Shown: positions 36,487 to 45,790, counted from the stretch's first letter. The stretch is 64,000 nt of DNA from an uncultured Acidobacteriaceae bacterium (GCA_963838995.1 CAWITJ010000003.1:250000-313999), one strand, 5' to 3'. The notes: a model not told the origin generated them from the sequence alone. Translations and numbers: made by a program.

Positions 36487-37560
36487 ATGATTAAGCAATA
36501 CAACGCGATCGGCTTGCAGTGCAGGCAATTCTGTGATGTAGCGACCAACCTTCGCCATCTTTCCAATTGCATTGATATGGCCCACACGCTGGCCTCGCAG
36601 GAGTTGCCGGTGAAGCTGGTGTGCCTGCCTGAATCGGCGATCCAGGGATTTCCACTGGGCGATCCGCCAATCACCACCATCCCCGGTCCGGAGACCGATT
36701 TCTTCGGGGCTAAAGCCAAAGCGCTCAAAACTTACATCATCGGGCAGTTGCTGTTTGTGAAGCTGAAAGGCATACCCGATGACCGTGTCTTCAACTGTTT
36801 GTTCATCGTCAACGATGAAGGCGAAGTTATTTATTGGCGCGCTAAGACGCAACTGGAGCGCATTGAAGCGCAATGGACGACCGTTCCCCATGATGTCTGG
36901 GACCTGTGGGTGAAGGAATACGGCGATGATCTGGACGCCTTCTACCCCGTAGTCGACACCAGCATCGGGAAGCTTGGTTGCGCGGTTTGCATGGAGCGCG
37001 GCTATCCCGAGGTGACGCGTGGCCTGGCAATGAACGGCGCCGAGGTCATCTACATGGCCACCTACCATGAGCCATATGTGGGGACCGGCATATACGAGTC
37101 GATCGTTCGCACTCGTGCGTTCGAGAACACCACGTACCTGATTAGTCCCAATTCCGGATCATACAAGTTTCCTTCTTTTGACGCCCCCTTCGACATTTGC
37201 GGGGGAGTGAACCTGATTGCCGACTACAAGGGCAACATCATCGGACGCCACCAGACGACAGATGACTCCTTCGTGGGGGCGACTATCGATATCGAAGCAC
37301 TGCGCCAGTATCGCGAGAACAACCTCGGCATTGGCAACTTCCTGAAGGACCTGCGAACTGAACAGTATCGACTGATTTACGAAGATCCTATCTATCCCAA
37401 GAACAAACGCACCAAGGGGAAAATGCCGTCGGCGGCGCAGCTCTACAACACGGAAGGCGAAATTCTGCGCGGGACGATCGAGAGCCTGCAGCAGAAAGGC
37501 GTCTACACCCCGCCAACGCATACTGATCGGAAACCGAGCAGCAAACGCGGGAAACGTTAG
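36487..37560 (+). CDS. carbon-nitrogen hydrolase (nitrilase-superfamily) protein
   Basis: A candidate Glu-Lys-Cys triad is visible: E in VCLPESAIQG, K in YWRAKTQL and C in GCAVCMERGYPE. Confidence 0.8.
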   Translation: MIKQYNAIGLQCRQFCDVATNLRHLSNCIDMAHTLASQELPVKLVCLPESAIQGFPLGDPPITTIPGPETDFFGAKAKALKTYIIGQLLFVKLKGIPDDRVFNCLFIVNDEGEVIYWRAKTQLERIEAQWTTVPHDVWDLWVKEYGDDLDAFYPVVDTSIGKLGCAVCMERGYPEVTRGLAMNGAEVIYMATYHEPYVGTGIYESIVRTRAFENTTYLISPNSGSYKFPSFDAPFDICGGVNLIADYKGNIIGRHQTTDDSFVGATIDIEALRQYRENNLGIGNFLKDLRTEQYRLIYEDPIYPKNKRTKGKMPSAAQLYNTEGEILRGTIESLQQKGVYTPPTHTDRKPSSKRGKR

Positions 37561-37604
37561 CGCATACAAGTTTGGTCGCGGTGTCACAGAAGTGGGTCAT
37601 CAGA

Positions 37605-39485
37605 ATGTATCGAATTCGTAGAGGCAACCAACTCGAAGCATGGGCTGCCGCGCTGACGGTGATGGCTGTCATTCTCCTCACGCCTGGAGTTGGCACGTGT
37701 GCGGTGCCATCGCAGAACCCGAACGGGGAAACGCTGTTCACTAGCAAGTGCATGATGTGCCACGCGACGGGAAGCCGCGCTCCGCAAATCGAAATGCTGA
37801 AGAAGCTGACGGCGCAGCATATCTACGAGGTGATGACAACCGGGGAGATGAAAGTGCAAGCTATTTCCCTTTCCGATGCCGAGAAGCGTGCGATCGCCGA
37901 TTACCTGGGCATGGACAAAAGCAAGCCCGCACAGCGCGCAGACACGAATCCTTGCTCGGCACGACCCGCGGCGACTGGCGGTGCGTCGTGGACGGGCTGG
38001 TCTCCGGATGAACGCAACGCTCGCTTCCAACAGGCCCAAGCTGCGGGCCTGACCGCAACCGATGCCTCCAAGCTGGCGCTGCGCTGGGCGTTCGTGTTTC
38101 CGGGAGTCAATACTGCGGCTAATCAACCGACCATCGCCAACGGTCGGCTCTACATCGGAAGCTGGGACGGGGCGGTGTACGCGCTGGACGCCGCCTCCGG
38201 GTGTTCGTACTGGAGCTTCAAGGCAGATGCCGGAGTGAGAACCGCGGTCGTGCTTGCGAAGGGATTGGGGATTTTTGGCGACTTCAAAGGCACCGTGTAT
38301 GCAGTGAATCTCCAGAACGGCAAGTTGTCGTGGAAAACCAAGGTGGAGGATCATTCCCAAACTCGCCTTACCGCTGCCCCCACGGTGTGGGAGGACAAGG
38401 TCTACGTGCCGGTTTCCTCGCTGGAAGAAGGCACGGCTGCCGATCCCAACTATGAATGCTGCACTTTCCGCGGAAGTATCGTGGCGCTAAGTCTGTGGGA
38501 CGGCAAGCAGATATGGAAGGGATTCACCATCGAAACCGAACCCAAGCGCATCGGGGCCAATAAATTGGGTACCGCGCAATTTGGTCCGTCGGGCGGCTCG
38601 GTGTGGAACACACCCACCGTCGACGCCAAACGAGGAACTCTGTATGTTGCGGATGGAAACAACTACAGCGATCCTCCCGACAAGAATAGCGATGCCATCC
38701 TGGCTTACGACTTGGCTACCGGCAAGAAGAAGTGGACACGGCAACTGCATATTAACGACGCCTGGAATGCGGGGTGTATGAAAGGCCAGGAAGTTGCCAA
38801 CTGCCCCATAGAGAACGCTCCCGACTACGATTTCGGTGCGTCTCCTGTGCTGGTGACGGGACCGGACGGACGTGACCTGGTGCTGGCCGGGCAGAAGTCG
38901 GGAATGTTCTTTGCCTTGGATCCCGACAACGGAAACATCCTGTGGCAACTACGGCTGGGAGCAGGCGGATCGTTTGGCGGTATTCAGTGGGGACTCGCCG
39001 CCGATGGCAAGCGTGCCTATGTTCCCATCTCTGATCGCAACGTGGACAGCTTTGACGCGAATGGCTCGATGACTGCCGTCGATCTGGGCACCGGGAAACT
39101 GGTCTGGAGAACTCCCGATCCGGCGGACGCCTGCAGCCAGCATCATGAATTCTGCTCGATGGCGGAGACAGCGCCGGCCACGCTGGTTCCCGGAGTGGTC
39201 TTCAGCGGATCGTTCGACGGACACCTGCGAGCCTACGACACAGAGACCGGAAAGATTCTTTGGGATTTCGATACCGATCGCGCCTACGACGGCGTCAATC
39301 GCATCAGCGGACACGGTGGCTCTCTCAGTGGCTCAGGGCCGACGGTGGCGAACGGCATGGTGTATCAGACCTCGGGCTATGCAGCCTTCGGATTGGGCAT
39401 GCCAGGCGATGTTTTGCTGGCTTTTGGGCCGTCCGACAAAGCAGGCGCAGCGACCGCGAAGGCTGCGCCTACTGCGAAGAATTAG
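37605..39485 (+). CDS. quinohemoprotein-type dehydrogenase: N-terminal cytochrome c + PQQ-like beta-propeller (polyvinyl-alcohol-dehydrogenase-like architecture)
   Basis: Signal peptide and heme motif CMMCH. At least seven repeats of the xxYAxDxxxGxxxW type follow (VYALDAASGCSYW, VYAVNLQNGKLSW, LAYDLATGKKKW, FFALDPDNGNILW, LRAYDTETGKILW). Confidence 0.8.
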   Translation: MYRIRRGNQLEAWAAALTVMAVILLTPGVGTCAVPSQNPNGETLFTSKCMMCHATGSRAPQIEMLKKLTAQHIYEVMTTGEMKVQAISLSDAEKRAIADYLGMDKSKPAQRADTNPCSARPAATGGASWTGWSPDERNARFQQAQAAGLTATDASKLALRWAFVFPGVNTAANQPTIANGRLYIGSWDGAVYALDAASGCSYWSFKADAGVRTAVVLAKGLGIFGDFKGTVYAVNLQNGKLSWKTKVEDHSQTRLTAAPTVWEDKVYVPVSSLEEGTAADPNYECCTFRGSIVALSLWDGKQIWKGFTIETEPKRIGANKLGTAQFGPSGGSVWNTPTVDAKRGTLYVADGNNYSDPPDKNSDAILAYDLATGKKKWTRQLHINDAWNAGCMKGQEVANCPIENAPDYDFGASPVLVTGPDGRDLVLAGQKSGMFFALDPDNGNILWQLRLGAGGSFGGIQWGLAADGKRAYVPISDRNVDSFDANGSMTAVDLGTGKLVWRTPDPADACSQHHEFCSMAETAPATLVPGVVFSGSFDGHLRAYDTETGKILWDFDTDRAYDGVNRISGHGGSLSGSGPTVANGMVYQTSGYAAFGLGMPGDVLLAFGPSDKAGAATAKAAPTAKN

Positions 39486-39510
39486 GAGAAATTCAAATTG
39501 GGGGACACGA

Positions 39511-39750
39511 ATGGCAGTTGAAGTAACCATCCCGAAACTCGGCCTCACGATGCAGGAAGCCACGGTGGTTAAGTGGCTGAAGCAGCCGGGCGACACCGTC
39601 ACGTTAGGCGAGGCGTTGCTGGAGATCGAGACCGAGAAGATTACCTGCGAAGTGGAAGCTCCGGCCAGCGGCACCTTGCGCGAGATCGTTGTGCCCGAGG
39701 GCACAGTTGCTGCCGTGGCCGCAGTCATCGGATACATCGATCCAGCGTAG
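39511..39750 (+). CDS. stand-alone lipoyl-attachment domain protein
   Basis: 79 aa: MAVEVTIPKLGLTMQEATVVKWLKQPGD...LLEIETEKITCEVEAP. This is an E2-type lipoyl domain with its lysine in ETEK, but no catalytic E2 domain follows. Confidence 0.8.
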   Translation: MAVEVTIPKLGLTMQEATVVKWLKQPGDTVTLGEALLEIETEKITCEVEAPASGTLREIVVPEGTVAAVAAVIGYIDPA

Positions 39751-39786
39751 AACCCTCAATCAGTATTTATGCCCAGAGGAGAGAAG

Positions 39787-40551
39787 ATGAACCGGCTAGA
39801 AGGAAAAACTGCCATCGTTACCGGCGGGGGTCAAGGAATTGGTCGCGGCATAGCTTTGGCATTTGCCCGCGAAGGAGCTACGGTGTGGATTGCCGACTAC
39901 TTCCCCGAGCGCGCCAAGTCAGTCGCTGATGAGATCACCAAAGAAGGCGGCAAGGCGTTCGGCGACAAGGTCGACGTAACCAAAGAAGACAGCGTGAAAG
40001 CCATGTTCGACAGCGCCGTCAAGCAGTTCGGCGGTAAGCTCGACATCCTGGTGAACAACGCCGGCGTGGAGGTCCTTAAGTCGATCGAAGAAACCGAAGT
40101 GGAAGACTTCGAGCGGGTGTTTGCGGTGAACGTCAAAGGTGTCTTCCTGTGCTGCAAGCACGGCGTTATCCAGTTCAAGAAGCAGGCCAAAGGCACCATC
40201 GTCAACATGGGATCTTCGGCCGGCTATATCGGCGCGCCGTTCCAGACGGTCTACTGTGCCTCCAAGGGTGCCGTGCATCAGTTGACCAAAGCGCTGGCGG
40301 TGGAATGTACCTCGTCCAACATCAGGGTGAACGCTATCGCTCCCGGTGGGGTGCAGACGGCGATGCTCGACTACCTGACCGAAGAGTTCGGCAAGCGTGG
40401 TATCGATATCGCGGCGTTCAGCAACATGCATCTTGGCGGCTGGTGCAAACCGGAAGACATTGCCCTCATGGCGGTGTACCTCGCCAGTGACGAATCGCGT
40501 TCCGTGCACGGAACGGCACTGCTAATTGATGGCGGCCTGACCGCTTCCTAA
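39787..40551 (+). CDS. short-chain dehydrogenase/reductase
   Basis: TGGGQGIG cofactor motif, NNAG, and the catalytic YCASKGAV. AGGAGA lies 5 nt before ATG 39787. Confidence 0.9.
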   Translation: MNRLEGKTAIVTGGGQGIGRGIALAFAREGATVWIADYFPERAKSVADEITKEGGKAFGDKVDVTKEDSVKAMFDSAVKQFGGKLDILVNNAGVEVLKSIEETEVEDFERVFAVNVKGVFLCCKHGVIQFKKQAKGTIVNMGSSAGYIGAPFQTVYCASKGAVHQLTKALAVECTSSNIRVNAIAPGGVQTAMLDYLTEEFGKRGIDIAAFSNMHLGGWCKPEDIALMAVYLASDESRSVHGTALLIDGGLTAS

Positions 40552-40578
40552 CCGGTTCTACTTAGAGAGGATTTGTAT

Positions 40579-41562
40579 ATGGACAACGCATTGAAGAAAA
40601 CTTTACTGAAACGCATGATGCTGGTGCGTGCCTTCGAAGAGACCATCGGGAAACTGTTTTACAAGGGCCAGATTCCCGGCTTTCTCCATCTCTCGTCGGG
40701 GCAGGAAGCCACCTCAGTTGGGGTTTGTGCAGCTCTGAAAGACAGCGACTACATCGGCACCACTCACCGCGGCCACGGGCACATTATCGCCAAGGGCGTC
40801 GATCTGAATGGCATGATGGCCGAAATCTTCGGCCGCGTCGACGGCTTCTGCAAAGGCAAGGGCGGCTCGATGCACGTCTTCGACAAGAAGAAGGGCGTAC
40901 TGGGGGCCAATGGAATCGTAGGTGGTGGCATCCCGATCCTCACTGGCGGAGCGTTATCAGCGAAGTTTGACGGCAAGGGTGGCGTGGCCGTCGCTTTCTT
41001 CGGCGATGGCGCTACCAACGAAGGTGCCTTCCACGAGTCGTTGAACCTGGCTGCGGTGTGGAAGTTGCCTGCCGTCTACGTTTGCGAGAACAACCAGTAC
41101 GGTGAATTCACGCCCATTGCCGAGTCCACGGCCCAGCCGGTTATTGCCAAGCGTGCTGCCGCATACAACATGCCGGGCGTCACGGTCGACGGTAACGACA
41201 TTGAAGCCGTTTACGATGCCGCCAGCCAAGCGGTTGCTCACGCTCGTGAGGGAAATGGGCCGACCCTGCTGGAGTGCCTCACGTATCGCCATCATGGTCA
41301 CTTCCACGGCGAAGAGGCCATGCTGGGTACTCAGGCCTACCGCGATAAAGCCGAAATCGATAAGTGGAAGGACGTTTGCCCCATCGCCCGCTTCACAAAA
41401 AAACTGGTGGACGACAATGTACTTACTATCGAGGAAGCTGAAGCGTTGCGCGACGAAGCTCAGGCCGAAGTAGACGCAGCGGTCGCGTTCGCTAAGGCCA
41501 GTCCATTTCCCAAGCCGGAAGCTGCGCTGGACGATGTCTACGCTCCCGCTGCAAGCGTTTAG
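40579..41562 (+). CDS. TPP-dependent 2-oxoacid/acetoin dehydrogenase E1 alpha subunit
   Basis: TPP-binding motif GDGATNEGAFHESLNLAAVWKLPAVYVCENNQY. RBS AGAGAGGA. Confidence 0.9.
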   Translation: MDNALKKTLLKRMMLVRAFEETIGKLFYKGQIPGFLHLSSGQEATSVGVCAALKDSDYIGTTHRGHGHIIAKGVDLNGMMAEIFGRVDGFCKGKGGSMHVFDKKKGVLGANGIVGGGIPILTGGALSAKFDGKGGVAVAFFGDGATNEGAFHESLNLAAVWKLPAVYVCENNQYGEFTPIAESTAQPVIAKRAAAYNMPGVTVDGNDIEAVYDAASQAVAHAREGNGPTLLECLTYRHHGHFHGEEAMLGTQAYRDKAEIDKWKDVCPIARFTKKLVDDNVLTIEEAEALRDEAQAEVDAAVAFAKASPFPKPEAALDDVYAPAASV

Positions 41563-41612
41563 TTCCTAACTTTGAATCGCCGCTTCGGCAGGCACAACGA
41601 ATTGGAGTCATT

Positions 41613-42611
41613 ATGCGAGAAATTACGTTTCTGCAGGCAATCAACGAAGCTATCGCAGAAGAGATGGCACGTGACGAGAAGGTGTTCGTCATGGGTGAGG
41701 ACGTCAAACTGTCGGCCTTCGGCACCACGGGAGGACTGGCTAAGCGCTTTGGGGTGGAGCGGGTACGCAACACGCCCATCAGCGAAGAAGGCTTCGTGGG
41801 CGCCGGGATCGGCGCAGCGATTACCGGCTACCGGCCGGTAGTCGAGGTCCAAATCGCTACATTCTTCTGGGTCGCCATGGACCAGATTTGCAACCAGGCC
41901 TCTAAGCTCCGTTACATGTCGGGCGGACAAGCCTCCCTGCCGATCACGCTGCGCACCGTATGCGGAGCCATTGGGTCCGGCGCGGCGCAGCACTCGGAGA
42001 CGATGTACGCCAACTTTCTAAACACGCCGGGATTGAAGATCATCGCAGCCAGCACACCGTATGACTGTAAGGGAATGCTGAAGTCGGCTATTCGCGATAA
42101 CAATCCTGTCCTGGTATTTGAGCACCTCAAGTTGGGCGGCAAGAAGGGCGAAGTCCCCACCGAGGAATACCTGATTCCGCTTGGCAAAGCCAACATAGTG
42201 CGCGAGGGCAAAGACGTCACCATGGTCGGCATTTCGTGGACCGTAGACGTCGCTCTGCAGGCGGCCGAAAAGCTTGCGGCAGAAGGTATCTCTGCGGAAG
42301 TCATCGACCTGCGCACGATTGTTCCGTGGGACAAGGAAGCTATTCTCAAATCCGTGAAGAAAACCGGAAGGCTGGTCATCGTTGATGAGGCTCACAAGAC
42401 TGGTAGCGTCGCCTCGGAGATTTCGGCGACGGTTGCGGAAGAGGCGTTCGAAGCTTTAAAAGCGCCCATCCGCCGGGTTTGCAGTCTGGACGTTCCCATT
42501 CCCTTCAGCCCTGCGATGGAGAACTACGTCATTCCCGACGTAGACAAAGTGCTCTCGGCCACACGTGAGGTCATGAGCGGAGCGGCCGTTCCCGCAAACG
42601 CGCGAGCCTAG
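41613..42611 (+). CDS. 2-oxoacid/acetoin dehydrogenase E1 beta subunit
   Basis: 332 aa showing a transketolase-like pyrimidine-binding and C-terminal domain pattern (VFVMGEDV, NTPISEEGFVG, VVFEHLKL). Confidence 0.9.
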   Translation: MREITFLQAINEAIAEEMARDEKVFVMGEDVKLSAFGTTGGLAKRFGVERVRNTPISEEGFVGAGIGAAITGYRPVVEVQIATFFWVAMDQICNQASKLRYMSGGQASLPITLRTVCGAIGSGAAQHSETMYANFLNTPGLKIIAASTPYDCKGMLKSAIRDNNPVLVFEHLKLGGKKGEVPTEEYLIPLGKANIVREGKDVTMVGISWTVDVALQAAEKLAAEGISAEVIDLRTIVPWDKEAILKSVKKTGRLVIVDEAHKTGSVASEISATVAEEAFEALKAPIRRVCSLDVPIPFSPAMENYVIPDVDKVLSATREVMSGAAVPANARA

Positions 42612-42630
42612 TTCCGTAATAGCTGTATCT

Positions 42631-42679
42631 GGGCGAGTCACCTTCTGTCCCGCAATAAGGGCATAGGTGGCTCGCCTTT
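42631..42679 (+). terminator. hairpin + T-tract after operon
   Basis: GGCGAGTCACC...GGTGGCTCGCC forms an 11-bp stem with one mismatch and a large loop. TTTTACTTT follows, 20 nt after the E1 beta stop. Confidence 0.4.
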
Positions 42680-42891
42680 TACTTTGCGCCGGTGAAAGTC
42701 CGATTCAAGGCTGCCAGATGCCCGACGGCACACTCATAACCGTCTACAACGCCTGACCAGGAACTCACATCATTCCAAGGCGGAGCTCCCTAAATCTGCA
42801 TTTCAAAATAAACAGAGTGCCGGTACAAACCGCAATTCGAGAGCCGCATCTACCCACATAGTTATGAGACTACTATCGGGCTGGAGGCTGA

Positions 42892-43300
42892 ATGCAATTG
42901 AGTGGATGTAAAGAGCTGCGCCGATGCTTGGGCGTGTCTCTGCTCTTTCTGTCGGTAATTCCGGTCTGGGCACAAAGTACATCGCCCAGCGCCCAAGCGA
43001 GCGGGGACAACTCGAAGACCAACCAGATGGACCGCCAACCGTCAGCAACCACGGCAGATCAACAAAAGAACAACACTTCCGATCTCGCTCTGACCCGGAA
43101 TATTCGGCGTTCCCTGATGGCAGACAAGTCGATGTCGACCTACGCCCACAACGTGAAGATCATCGCTCAAAATGGCAAGGTCACCTTAAAGGGACCCGTC
43201 CGTTCCGTATGACGAAAAGAGCGCCATTCTGGCCAAAGCCACAAGCGTGGCTGGGCAAGGAAATGTCAGCGACGAAATGACCGTCGTTCCCAAGAATTAG
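42892..43300 (+). pseudogene. BON-domain secreted protein, apparent 1-nt insertion frameshift near 43205-43210
   Basis: Signal peptide, then ...AHNVKIIAQNGKVTLKGPVRS, followed in the +1 frame by YDEKSAILAKATSVAGQGNVSDEMTVVPKN. Together these make a canonical BON domain. Length 409 nt, which is 3n+1. Confidence 0.7.
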
Positions 43301-43334
43301 ATCACTTAACCGAGACAACAAAAAGGAAACCACC

Positions 43335-43907
43335 ATGGCAGGCAAGAACACAGCAGTTTACGGAATTTATCGCAATCTATCCGAGTTAGAGCGGGGCGTA
43401 GATCAACTCAAGGCCTCTGACTTCCGAAATGAGGACATTTCCGTTCTGTTCTCTGACAACGAGGGCTCAAAAGAATTTGCTCACGAGAAGAACACCAAGG
43501 CTCCGGAAGGCGCGGCCACCGGTGCCACTACCGGAGCAGTCGTGGGCGGCGTTATGGGATGGCTGGTCGGAATTGGAGCGCTGGCGATTCCCGGTGTCGG
43601 CCCCTTCATTGCGGCTGGTCCCATCATGGCGGCCTTGGCAGGCGTGGGCGCAGGTGGCGCGTTAGGCGGATTGACGGGCGCGCTGGTTGGCGTCGGCATC
43701 CCGGAGTACGAAGCCAAGCGTTATGAAGGAAGAATCAAAGACGGCGGCACTCTGCTGTCGGTTCACTGCGACAACTCCGACTGGACGAAGAAAGCCAAGC
43801 TGATTCTTGAACAGACTGGCGCTCAGGATATCGCATCAACCGGGGAGGCGAGTGCAGACTTCGAAAAGTCTGATCGTCCTATCCCTATGGGCAGTGAACG
43901 ACTGTAG
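43335..43907 (+). CDS. stress-type membrane protein with Gly-zipper segment
   Basis: 190 aa with a central segment GAVVGGVMGWLVGIGALAIPGVGPFIAAGPIMAALAGVGAGGALGGLTGALVGVGIPE between soluble domains. Confidence 0.7.
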   Translation: MAGKNTAVYGIYRNLSELERGVDQLKASDFRNEDISVLFSDNEGSKEFAHEKNTKAPEGAATGATTGAVVGGVMGWLVGIGALAIPGVGPFIAAGPIMAALAGVGAGGALGGLTGALVGVGIPEYEAKRYEGRIKDGGTLLSVHCDNSDWTKKAKLILEQTGAQDIASTGEASADFEKSDRPIPMGSERL

Positions 43908-43984
43908 TTGACGATAGGGCTAACCAGATTGGGCAAACCGATCTAGGAAGCCCTTGGAATAAAACAATTAAGCTAGAGGTGAAT

Positions 43985-44563
43985 ATGGTAAAGCGCAACA
44001 ATTCAGTGAAGCGGGGTGTGGGTACTCTGCTCGTTGCCGTTTGCATGTTGGGTCTCATCGCGCTCGCCGGTTGTAACCGCGATGCCCAGCACCCTGACGT
44101 CAAGGATGACGTAAACAACGCCATGACCCGCAACAATCTCGGCGTGGTTAAGGTAGCGCAAGACCGCGACAAGGGTGTGATTACGCTAAGCGGTGACGTC
44201 GAAAACGCGGATCAGAAAGCCCAAGCCGAAAGTGTTGCTAAGCAAGCTGCACCGGGTTACGCGATCTCCGACGAGATTGGTGTTCGCCCGATCGGAGCTG
44301 AAAGCCAGGCAAAGGCGGTCGATTCCAACCTCGACAGCGCAATACAGGACAACTACAAGGCAGCCCTAAAAGCGCACAAGAGCTTGGACGACCAGAGCAT
44401 TTCTTACGACGCTAAGAATGGAACCCTGGTACTTAAAGGTAGCGTAAAGACTGCAGCTCAGCGGAACGAAGCTAATACGCTCGCCAAGAACATTCCCAAC
44501 GTCAAAGAAGTTGTTAACGAGATCGAAGTTAAGTCCGACAAGCATTCCACCGCTAATCCATAG
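43985..44563 (+). CDS. BON-domain lipoprotein (two BON repeats)
   Basis: Lipobox LIALAGC. Repeats GVITLSGDVENADQKAQAESVAK and GTLVLKGSVKTAAQRNEANTLAKNIPNVKEVVNEIEV. Confidence 0.8.
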   Translation: MVKRNNSVKRGVGTLLVAVCMLGLIALAGCNRDAQHPDVKDDVNNAMTRNNLGVVKVAQDRDKGVITLSGDVENADQKAQAESVAKQAAPGYAISDEIGVRPIGAESQAKAVDSNLDSAIQDNYKAALKAHKSLDDQSISYDAKNGTLVLKGSVKTAAQRNEANTLAKNIPNVKEVVNEIEVKSDKHSTANP

Positions 44564-44714
44564 TGCTCAAACTTCTAGCCAGAGCTCGGTTTGCCCTGAT
44601 GAACATTACATGGGCAAGCCGACTCTCTGGCTGGATTCCAGCTATAGTTACCCATCCTTCATCTTGATTCATTAGCTGATGCCCGCCATTTGGCCGACTT
44701 GTCGTTCTTCTCTA

Positions 44715-44936
44715 TTATTTGCCAGCGTCTCTCCGCACGCTCCTTTGCGAATAAATCTGGTGAGTAGAGGGTCCGGTCACTTCGCAAGTATGCGACTCTT
44801 CCCACGTTTGGACCGAACCATCTGCTGCTGAACACCGCGCCTGGGACCGGCAGTTCATGCAAACCGAGAGAATCATGGTGCGGTCGCCTTCACGAATGAT
44901 TTGGTGATAGAACTTAGCCTCAGGCAGCACCGACAT
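44715..44936 (-). CDS. small hypothetical protein (CxxC...HxC)
   Basis: AGGAGG lies 6-7 nt before ATG 44936. An overlapping ORF in another frame (44659..44862) could be its continuation if yet another indel exists, so the end point is uncertain. Confidence 0.4.
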   Translation of the reverse strand: MSVLPEAKFYHQIIREGDRTMILSVCMNCRSQARCSAADGSVQTWEESHTCEVTGPSTHQIYSQRSVRRDAGK

Positions 44937-45790
44937 CGCACACCTCCTACGGGCCCAACGGCGGGAGAAGTTAGCATATTAGTTCTTTTGGGTCTGTCTG
45001 GAGACAGACAATGGCGAGTGTAAGATTTCTGAGCACTCGCGACGACACAGTCGATCCGATCACAGCTTGGAGGATCGAGCCGTTTTCCAGCAGGCTTCTC
45101 ATATCCGATGAGTCTCCGGGCTCGTTTGCGGCTCGGACTAAGCGGTTGGAATGCTACGGTGAAGGCTCAACCAATATTCGGCCGCCACCAGGTCCAGTGA
45201 CTTGGTCCAATATGCAAAGCGTAAACATCCACCCGGATCTAAGCTACGGCTTCCCCGGCTAAACCCAGGACGGCAACCGACCTCCAAAAGCCAGCCACCT
45301 TACACAGATCATCTACCCATCTATCGGGGTCTTCCCAACTTTAAGCCATCCGGGAAACCCTTAAGATTTGTACCGGGACTATCCATTCATGAATGGTTAC
45401 TAGTCATCTGTATTCAACACTTTCCGCAGAATAGCGTTCGCTTCCTATTCACCCTCTCATACCACAAAGTGGCATTGAGTTGCACTTCTCACTTCGACAG
45501 CAGCAGTTATCTCCATTGATGAGTACGAAGTTCTCTTGGTAGGTCGATTGCACTATTAGGAAGTATGTTCACGACCCGTCGATTGCAGAAACTTGATATG
45601 CGCCATCCATCGACGGGTACCAAAACAGCCTTCGGCTGTTGTTGCTGCCCCCCGGCGACACCGCAGCCTCAACCAATCACTCGTAACTCACAAGCCTCGT
45701 ACACGAGGTGCTCTGGCGGTCGGTCAAGGCGCCGCCTCAACTTGCGTGTCGAGTCCGGGGTCCTTTTTTCAAAAAAAGGGAGGAAAAAGA

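Noticed and set aside
36199-37068. 289-aa minus-strand ORF
   Set aside because: Antisense to the SnoaL and nitrilase-family genes of a tightly packed plus-strand operon.
45011-45519. ORFs 45011..45262 and 45202..45519
   Set aside because: They have no RBS, unusual composition, no motifs and mutual overlap. I treat the region as non-coding pending expression data.
45593-45790. Long N-terminal extension of the secreted repeat protein in the ORF track
   Set aside because: The extension is Arg/Pro-rich. A strong GGGAGG RBS and a signal peptide follow at ATG 45791.
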